Shown here: in pieces, positions 53,001-62,000 of the stretch
Layout: each line of letters starts with the position of its first letter
How positions within the stretch are numbered: the stretch's first letter is position 1
Assembly: GCA_001788495.1 (NCBI GenBank)
Contig: MGCF01000114.1
Span: 1,074-65,073 of the forward strand
Length of the DNA stretch: 64,000 nucleotides
Reading direction: 5' to 3'
Source: Candidatus Rokubacteria bacterium RIFCSPLOWO2_02_FULL_73_56
Lineage (GTDB): Bacteria > Methylomirabilota > Methylomirabilia > Rokubacteriales > CSP1-6
The notes under the pieces: model-generated
What the model was told of the DNA's origin: nothing
What the model saw: the letters and a program-made list of their open reading frames with translations, nothing else
The model's database searches: none
Translations under genes and position numbers: made by a program

Positions 53001-56000
53001 GGTCGCCGATGCCCGGGGAGCTCGGGCCCACCAGGAGCCGGTTCACGCTGAGGCCGATGAGCGGCAACGGCTGGTCCAGGGCGTCGATGCCGAGGATCGC
53101 GTCGCCCAGGCTGTCCATGTGCCCGAGGAGGTCGAGGAACACCTGCTGCAGGTCGACGTCGAGGAGCTCGACCAGCAGCTCGGCGATCGGGTCCCCGGGC
53201 GCGGGGGCGATGTCGAAGTCGAGCGGGCTGGCGATGTCCTCCCACGAGAAGATCAGGCCGACGTCGACGAGGGTGAGCGGCTTGCTCAGGCCCGGGAGCA
53301 GCGCGGCGACGCCGAACGTGCCCGCGAAGACCACGTCGGTCGCGGCCGGGTTGCCCTCGACCGCGAGCGTGAAGTTGCTCGCGTCGAAGTCGGCCAGCTC
53401 GTGCGGCCGGAGCTTGCCGGGCGCCTCGCCGGTGAGCGCGTCGACGCGCGGGTCGTGCAGGTCGAGGCCGAGCCGCACGGCCGGATCGATCGTGACGGTG
53501 GCGTTCGTCAGCTGGAGCTCGATGAACCCGAAGGCGCCCGCCCCGCTCAGCGCGCCGATGGTGATGTGGGTCACCTCGATCTCGGGCCCGCCGAAGGCCT
53601 CCGTGTCGACGAAGAACCCGCCGTCGTCCACGCCGACCAGCATGTGGACGACCATGTCGAGGCTCAGCTCCATCGAGCCCCGGATGGACACGAGGCCGCC
53701 GAGCAGCGAGAGGTCGAGGCCCGGCCGGCCGCTGAACGACGTGACCACGGTCATGTCGAACCGGGTGCCGGCGGCGTCCTCGATGAGCGTCACGTTGTCC
53801 GGGACGGCGTCGAGGTCGTCGAGCGCCTGGCGGAGGGCCGCGGGGCTGTCGATGCTGACGCCGATCTGGTCGAGGACGCCGGCGAGCAGCCGGCCGATGA
53901 GCGTGTCGGGGTTCGTCACCGGAGTCAGCGCCGCCGCCCGCCCGCCCCGCTTCGCCACCTCCGGGAGGCCCAGGCGCTCGCGCTCGGCCGCCGCCGCCGC
54001 GCGCTCCGCCTCCTGCGCCACGAGGTCGCCGAAGGTCGCGCCGGCCTGGCCGGGCGGCAGCGGCACCGGCCGCACCGGCGGATGGTTGCCGCTGACGGCC
54101 TGCCCGAGCGCCGGCACCATCGCGATGTTCTGGGAGCCGAGCGCGTCGCCGAGCTGGTTCACCAGCGCCAGCGAGTTCAGGCCGGAGCGGAACGCCCCCA
54201 GCACGCCGCCCGGGACGTCGAGCTGGCGCTCGCTCGGATCGACGTTCTCGTACCGGACGGTGAGCACGATGCCGAACTCGCCGCCGATCCGGATGACGCC
54301 CGCCGCGCCCGCGCCGCCCGTCAGGACCGCGTCGCCGTCCTGGCCGACGATCAGGAGGCCGTCGGTGCCCGTTCCGCCGTCGTAGCGGATGCCGCCCGAC
54401 ACCCGGACGCGGCTGTCGATCTGCAGCCGGTCGTCGCCGCCGCGGCCCTCGACGACGATGCGCTCGATCGTCGTGAGCTGCTGGCTGCTGACGACCGCGC
54501 CGTCGACGATGACGTTGACCAGGCGCGGGTTGACGGCGTCGAGCTTCAGCCCGAGCTCGTTGTCCCCGTCGTTGCCGCGGACCGTGAGGACGGCCTCGCG
54601 GCCGAGGAGCGCCGCGGCGCCCTCGAGCTCGAACGCCCCGCGGCCCAGCGTCGCCACGACGAGCGTCCCGCCGACCGTCCGGCCGTCGACGATCGTCGTC
54701 TCCGGCGCGTACTGGATGTCGTTGATCGGCATGTTCGGCAGGCCGAGGCCGAGCTCCGTCCAGGTGAGGTTGTTGACGCCGCCGCGCAGGACGACCGTCG
54801 CGGCCGGCTGGATCGCGCCCCCGCCGCTGCTCTCCCGGATCGGGCTGTCCGGGAGCGCCGGCGCCGTCGTGTCGAAGCGCGCGAGCTTCGCCGCGAACAG
54901 CGCGGAGACCGCGGCGTTCGCCTCGAGCACCTCGACGATGCGCCTGGCGGTCGTCGCGGCGTTGACCCGGAAGGTGAGCGTCCGCGTGGGGGCGTCCCAC
55001 GCGACGGTCTCGAGGCCCGCGGCCACGCCGGCCTCGTAGCGCACCGTGACGTCCACGAACTCCACGGCCTGGTTGCGCGCCGTGAACGTGACGTCGTTGT
55101 CGGGCCCCGCGGACAGGAGGGTGCCGGTCACGATGCTCGCCGGGAGGGACGACGGATAGCCGTCGCTGTTCGACGGGTCGCCCACGGGGTTGATCGCCCG
55201 GAACACCCCGTCGTTGACCCCCACCAGCAGCACATCCACCGGGCGCTGGTCGCTGCGCACGCCGCGGCCGTCGTTCAGGAGGCTCAGCAGCGTGTCCCCA
55301 CGGACGGCGGCGAGCGTGCCGCGGAGGACCGCCCCGTCGATGACGCCGCCGACGCCGCTGTCGCGCCGGGGCGCGCCCGCCGCGAGGAAGCCGAGGTCCT
55401 CGAGGGCGAGCGAGCTGTTGAGCCGCACCAGCGTGAAGGCCGTGGCGTCGGCCGTGGCCAGCCGCAGGTGGTCGGCGCCCTGGAGGGTCACGTTCACGCG
55501 CACGGGCCCCACGCCGCCCAGCCTGGAGGCGTCCTGGATCGCCGTGATCACGTCCTGGACGGTGTGCGCCGCGGTCAGGTCGACGCCGAAGGTGCTGCCG
55601 TCGCCGAGCGTGATGGACAGCGACGGGCCCGCGGTGGGCGCGGTCACCTTCGCGAGCGCCAGGCCGCGCACGCGCTCGACCGGCAGCGCGCCGCTGCGGG
55701 CCGCCGCGCCGGTGATGTCCGCCCAGGTGGTGCCCCCGTCGGTGGTGGCGTACACGTGCGCGTCGTCGATCGCGTAGGCGATCCGCCAGTTCGACGGGTC
55801 GACGACGAGGCGCGTGATGCGGCCGGCGTTCGCGATGCTGACCTCGGCGCCGAAGCTGTTGACCAGGTTGTTGGGCCCGACGCCGGCGGGTCGCACGGCG
55901 ATCCGGTTCTCCCGCGCCTCGTAGATCACGTCCGAGGCGTCGGTGCCGTCGGCGGCCCGGACGCCGAACGCCAGCGCCGTGATCGGGAACCCGCTCGGCT

Positions 56001-59000
56001 GCGGCGCGCGGATGCGCGTCACCGTCTGCCCGCCGTCGAAGCTCTCGTAGAGGCCGCGGTTGCCGACCAGGAGGCGGAGCGCATCGACCGGGCTCAGGGC
56101 CATCGGCAGCGGGATCCGGAACTCGCTCCGTTCCTCGGCGTCCATGCCCGCCAGCCTCACCCGCAGGGAGTCCGCAGCCAGGTGGGGGCCGTCGGCGAAG
56201 GTGAGGTTGACGTTCTGGTCGTTGTAGTGCTTGACGAAGAAGAAGCGGAAGTCGTTGTTGGTCGTGTAGAAGTACGCCTCGGTCGAGGTCGAGCCGGCCG
56301 GGCCGTTGACCGCCGTGCGCACGTCGTTGGCGGTGGACACGGTGGTCCGGACGCTGACGAGCAGCGTCCGGGTCTGCGCGTTGTAGCTGGCCGTCTCCGT
56401 CCCTTCCGCGTGGTCCACGAACCGGACCGTCACGCCGTTCCACCGGGCGCCGACGACGGCGGCCTCGAAGGTCATCGCGTTGTTGCCGGCCCCGCTGGCG
56501 GGCACGACCAGCGTCGCCTTCGCGCCGTTCGTGCCTCCCGCCGTCACGGCCGGTGTGTCGCCGCCGGCGAAGGTCCCGCTGCCGTCGTGGTTCGCGTCGC
56601 CGGCGCCGCGCGCCGCCGTGAAGGTGCCCTCGGTGGTGATCAGCGCGATGACCTGATCGGCCGTCGTGCCGGCCGTCAGCTGGATGCCGAGGGTCGGCGT
56701 CGCGCCCGCCGTGAAGGACACGTGGACGGGGCCCACGCCGATGTCCTGGACCGAGACGGTCAGGTTGTTCAGGTCCGCGCCGCCGCGGTTGGCCACGAGC
56801 ACGATGGCGTTGCTCGGGCCGGCCGGGTTGAGCTCGCCGACCGCGCGCAGGGCATCCAGCCCGCCGGTGGCGCCGGCCACGGGCGGGGCGACCGTGGTCA
56901 CGTCGATGGTCCCCGCGCCCGTGTCGGGGCCGGCGGGCGGCAGCAGGACGAACGGTCGGAGGTCGAGCCCCGCGAGCGACGTGTTGCCGTCGCCGGCGCC
57001 CACCGTCAGGAAGTCGCCGGCCGAGTCGCTGACCAGCTGCTGCTGGGAGGCCGCGTCCTGGGCGCCCGTGATGAAGGTGTCGTTGAGCGGGTCGTAGCCC
57101 AGGCTGTAGAGCTCGCCCAGCGCCAGGTTGCCGCCGAGGACCTGCCAGTACCGCGCCGAGGGCGGCCCGTGCGGGTTCACGAGACGGGCCAGGCCGCCGT
57201 CGTTGGCCTGGAGCACGTTGCCCGCCCCGTCGAAGACCATCGTCCGGGCGTCGGAGTGCGGCGCCGTCCCCGTGACGTAGACCGGCGGCTGCTCGACGAG
57301 GCTCCAGGCGAGCCCGGCGTCCGAGACGCCGCTGTCGTTGATGTTCGCCGTGGCGTTGCCCAGTGCGGCGCCGGTGTAGCGGAAGACCGTGCCGCCGTTG
57401 GTCGCCACGGCGCCGGCGACCGTGCGGAAGATCGCCTTGTGCGTCGTGCCGTCGGGGCCGTTCGGGACGTTCTCGAGCTGGGCGAAGTTCCGGCCTCCCG
57501 GCACGGTCACGGGGATGTCCACGGTGCGCTGGCCGAGCCCGTCGAAGCTGGCGCCCGCGAGGTAGGCGATGCGATAGATGTACGTCTGGCCGGGGACGAG
57601 CTGCCCGCCCGCCGGGAACGACGCGTGCCCCACGGGGACGTTGAAGAACCTGACGGTGATGCCGGCCACGCTCGGCGGCGCGTACACGCTGGTGAGGACC
57701 CGGGCCGGGGGCAGCGTCGCGTCGGCGGCGAGGTCGACGATCCGCGTCGCGAGCACCGGGACCGTCGGGCCGAGCGGGTCCCGGCGCAGCTGGTGGAAGA
57801 TCTCGCCGTTCAGCTTGGTCCGCCAGATGATGCGGCCCACCGTGCCCGCCGGACCCTCCGGGAGGTTGGTGAGGACGACGGCGTCGTCGGCGCCGCCGAC
57901 GACGACCGAGAACTCCGGCGACGGCGAGCTCACCTGGCCGTCCGCGGCGACGAACGAGATCCGATAGCGGTACGTGCCGGCGGCCAGAGCGCCGCCGAGG
58001 TTCGCGGCGGTCGCCGTGGTGTTCGGCAGCAGGTCCGCCGGGGCGTTCTGCAGACGGTCCCAGAGGATCGGCTCGGTCAGGAGCGCCGCGTCCGACATCG
58101 CGTCGTCGACCGACGCGCCGTCGGCCACGCGCCGCTCGGCGACCAGGTGGTACTCGCCGTCGGGCAGCGCGTCCAGGCCCGCTCCGCCCGGGAACGCCGC
58201 GGGCGTGACGCCGACGTTCCACGTCCGGTAGACCTTCCAGGCGACCACGTTCGAGCCCGCGGGGAAGCCCGTCGGCGCCGTGATCCGCACGGTCTGGTTG
58301 CCGCCGCCGAGGTCCACGCGGATCCGGTCGGAGGCGACCATCTCGCGGCCGTCGGCGTTCACGTACGTGATCCGGTAGTAGTACCGGCCGTTCGCCGCGA
58401 GCGCGCCGCCCGCCTGCGGGTCGAGCGTGAAGGCGTCGGCGTCCGGGAGGGCGGCCGCGCGCCCGGTCGGCTGGAACGAGCCGGTCGCCTGCCGGCCGAC
58501 CACCTCGGTCGTGGTACCGGCCGTCGTGTCCACGCGGAAGATGCGCCCGTCGAGCTGCAGCGTGTGCTCGAAGCCGGGCGTGGCGACGTTGGTGTCGCCC
58601 GCGATGAGGAACACGTTGGGGTTGCCGGGATCGGCGACGAAGGCGAGGTGCAGCCCCCACTGGCCGCCGGGGTTGAGCCCGAGCGGCGTCGGCGCGTCGT
58701 CCTGGATCTCCAGCGTGACCGGGCCGTTGTCCACGAACGTCCACGTGCCGCGGGCGCCCAGCGTGTCGTTCGTGTTGGCCGACGTGAGGACGCGGTTGAG
58801 CTGCGCGCCCTTGACGCCGGACGGGGGCGCGACCACCGCGTAGACCGTGGTCGCGTGGACGTTGGCCGGGTCGAGCGAGGGGCGCCCGTCCGGCTCCAGC
58901 ACGAAGCTCGCGGCGAACACGATCCGCCCCGCGTCGAGCCCGCGCGTCGTGAAGTCGTACGTGCGGTTCACGGCGGCGACGACCTCCTCCACCCGGGTGA

Positions 59001-62000
59001 CGCCGGTCTGGAGGTTGACGGTCAGGGTCTTCGCGACCGCGTCGTACTCGACGCTCTCCCGTCCGGCGAACCTCGCGAGCCTGTAGATCACCCGGAGGCC
59101 GTCGAGGTCGGCGCCGTTCCGTGCGGCCGTGTACCGGATGGACTCCACCAGCCCGGACGCGGGCGCCGCCACGCCGCCGCCCGCGGTCACGGCGGCCCGG
59201 TTCAGGGCGGGGACGGTGTCGCCGCCGACGACGGTCGCCGTGAACGGCGGCAGCGCCATCGCGTTGATCGCGGCGGCGACGTGGCTCGCGGTCGTGACGC
59301 CGCTCTGGATCTGCACGGTGATCCGGTTGGTGGCGGCGTCGTAGCTCGCCGTCTCGTTGCCGACCGTGACGCTGTCCACGTACTCGACCGTCAGCCCGTC
59401 GAACGCGGTCCCGGTGCGGTTCGCCGAGAACCGCACGGAGCCGAGCACGCCCGTGGACGCCGTCGTCGCGCCGCCGCCCGCCGTGACCGCGCCGCTCGGG
59501 CCGCCGCCGGCGACGACCGTCACGTTCGGGCCCGCCAGGGAGGCGGTGAAGGGCCGCACGTTCGCCAGCGCCGTCACGACCTGGTTCAGGGTGGAGACGC
59601 CGCTCGCGACGGCGAGCGTGAGCCGGTTCGTCGCCGCCTCGTAGCCCGCCCGCTCGTTGCCGGCCGTGACCGTGTTGACGAACTCGACCGTCAGCGCGTT
59701 GAGGTCGGCGCCCGTCCGCACGGCCGTGAACCGGAGGGTGCCGCCCGCGCCGCCCAGGATCCCGGTCGAGAGCGCGCCCGCCCCGCCCGCCGTCGGGACC
59801 GCGCCGTTGCGGATCGCGACCGTGACCGTGACGTCGGCGAGGGCCGCCCCGTACGCCGGGCTCGGCAGCCGGTTGATCGCGTCCACCACCTGCTGCGCCG
59901 TGGTCACGCCGCTCTCGATGCGGACGGTCAGCCGGTTGGCCACCGGGTCCCAGGTGGCCTGCTCGTTGCCGGCCGCCACGCCGCCGACGTACTGGATGGC
60001 GAGCCCGTTGAACGCCGCGCCGTTGCGGCTCGCCGTGACGCGCACCGTCGTCCCGGCCACCACCTCGCGCTCGCCGACGAAGGCCGCGTCGAACGCGCCC
60101 GCGGTGACCTGCGTGAGCGCCGCCGGCGCCGGCATCGTGCTCACCGCGGCGCCGGGCCCGCCGAGCGTCGCGACGAACGGCCGCTGGTCCGTGATGGCGG
60201 CGGCCACCTGCCCCGGGATGGTGCGGCCGTCCTCGATGACGACGCTCAGCACCCGGGTCGCGGGATCGTAGTGCGCCCGCTCGTTGCCGGCCGTCACGCC
60301 GCCCACGTAGGTCACGGTGAGATTGTCGAAGGCCGCGCCGGGCTGCCGCGCGGTGAAGCGCAGGCTGCCCGCGACCCCCGACGCGTTCGCGGCGACGGCG
60401 CCGCCGAAGGTCACCGTCGGGGTCGTCCCGACGCCGAGCGCCGCCGTCAGATCCACGACCGCGGCCGTGTAGTCGGCCGTCGGGGCGGCGAGGCGGTTCA
60501 CGGCCGCCCGGACGTCGCTGGCGCGCGACTGGCCGTCCTCGAGCGTGACCCGGAGGAGGTGCGTCCCCGCGTCGTAGGTCGCGCGCTCGCCGCCCCGCGT
60601 CGCGCCGCCGACGAACTCGACCCGCAGGCCGTTGAACTGGGCGCCGTTGCGCGTCGCCGTGAAGCGCACGCCGGCCAGGTCGCCCACGGCCGCGGTGCCG
60701 AGGTCGCCGCCCCGGGTCACGACGGTCGGCCCGCCGACGTTCACGGGCGCGTCGGGGGCGGCCGGCACGAGCGTAGCGGTGAACGCGGGCTGGGCCGTGA
60801 GCGCCGCCACGACCTGGGCGGGCGTCGTCCGCCCGTCCTCGATCGCGACCCGCAGCGTCTTCGTGTCGGGGTCGTAGCTCGCGCGCTCGGCCCCGGCCGT
60901 GGTGGCGTCCACGTAGACGACGCGCAGGCCGTCGAGCGCGGCGCCGTCGCGCACCGCCGTGAACTTGACCGCGCCGAGCAGGCCGAACGCGGGCGCGCCC
61001 ACGCCGGGCGTGACGGCCGCCGCGGCCACCACGCCCGTGGTCACCGTCGTCGTCGAGGCGACCGCGGCCGCCGTGTAGCCGGGCGCCGCCATCGCGTTCA
61101 CGGCGACGATGACCTGGTCGGCGCTCGAGACGCCCGCGGCGATCTGGACCGTCAGGGTGTTCGTCGCCGGGTCGTAGGTCGCGCGCTCCTTGCCCTGCTC
61201 CGCGCCGTCGACGTACGCGACCCTGAGGTTGTTGAACTGCGGCCCGGTGCGCGTGGCGGTGAAGAGGATCGCGCCGAGGGCGCCCGCGGAGGCCACGCCC
61301 GTGCGGCCGTCCTTCGTGACCTCCGTCGGCGCCGTCACGTCCACGACGACGCCGTTCGTCGCGTCGGGCGCCTTCGGCGCCGCGGTGAAGGGCCGCAGGT
61401 TCGTGACGGCGGCCGCGACCTGGGTCGGGGTCGACACCCCGGGCTCGAGCGCGATGGTCAGCGACGCCGGCGTGCCGGCGGCGGGCGCCGTGTAGGTCGC
61501 CCGCTCGTTGCCCGCCGTGACCCCCGCCACGTACGTGACCCGGAGGCCGTCGAAGTCGGCGCCGCCGGCCCGGGCCGTGAAGCGCACGGCCCCGAGCGTG
61601 CCGGCCGAGGTGCCGGCGGTGCCGCCCGCCGTCACGTCGTTGGCGACGCCGTCGGTGACGGCCAGCGCGCCCGTGAACGGCAGGCCCGGCATGCGGTTGA
61701 CCGCGGCGATGACCTGGCTCGCGAGCGACACCCCGTCGGCGATCCGGATGGTGAGCTCGTGGGTGGCCGGGTCGTAGGCGGCCGTCTCCTGGCCCGCGGT
61801 GGCCCCGGCGACGTAGGTGACGCGCAGGCTGTCGAAGGTCGCGCCGAACTTCGTCGCCGTGAACTGCACCCGCGGGCGCGTCCCGACGGCGAACGCCGCG
61901 GCTCCCCCGGGGGTCGTCACGACGAGCAGGCCCGAGTCGGCGACGCCGACCGTGCCGTCGGCGCCGTCCGGGGCGGCCGTGAAGGGACGCTGGGGGTTGA

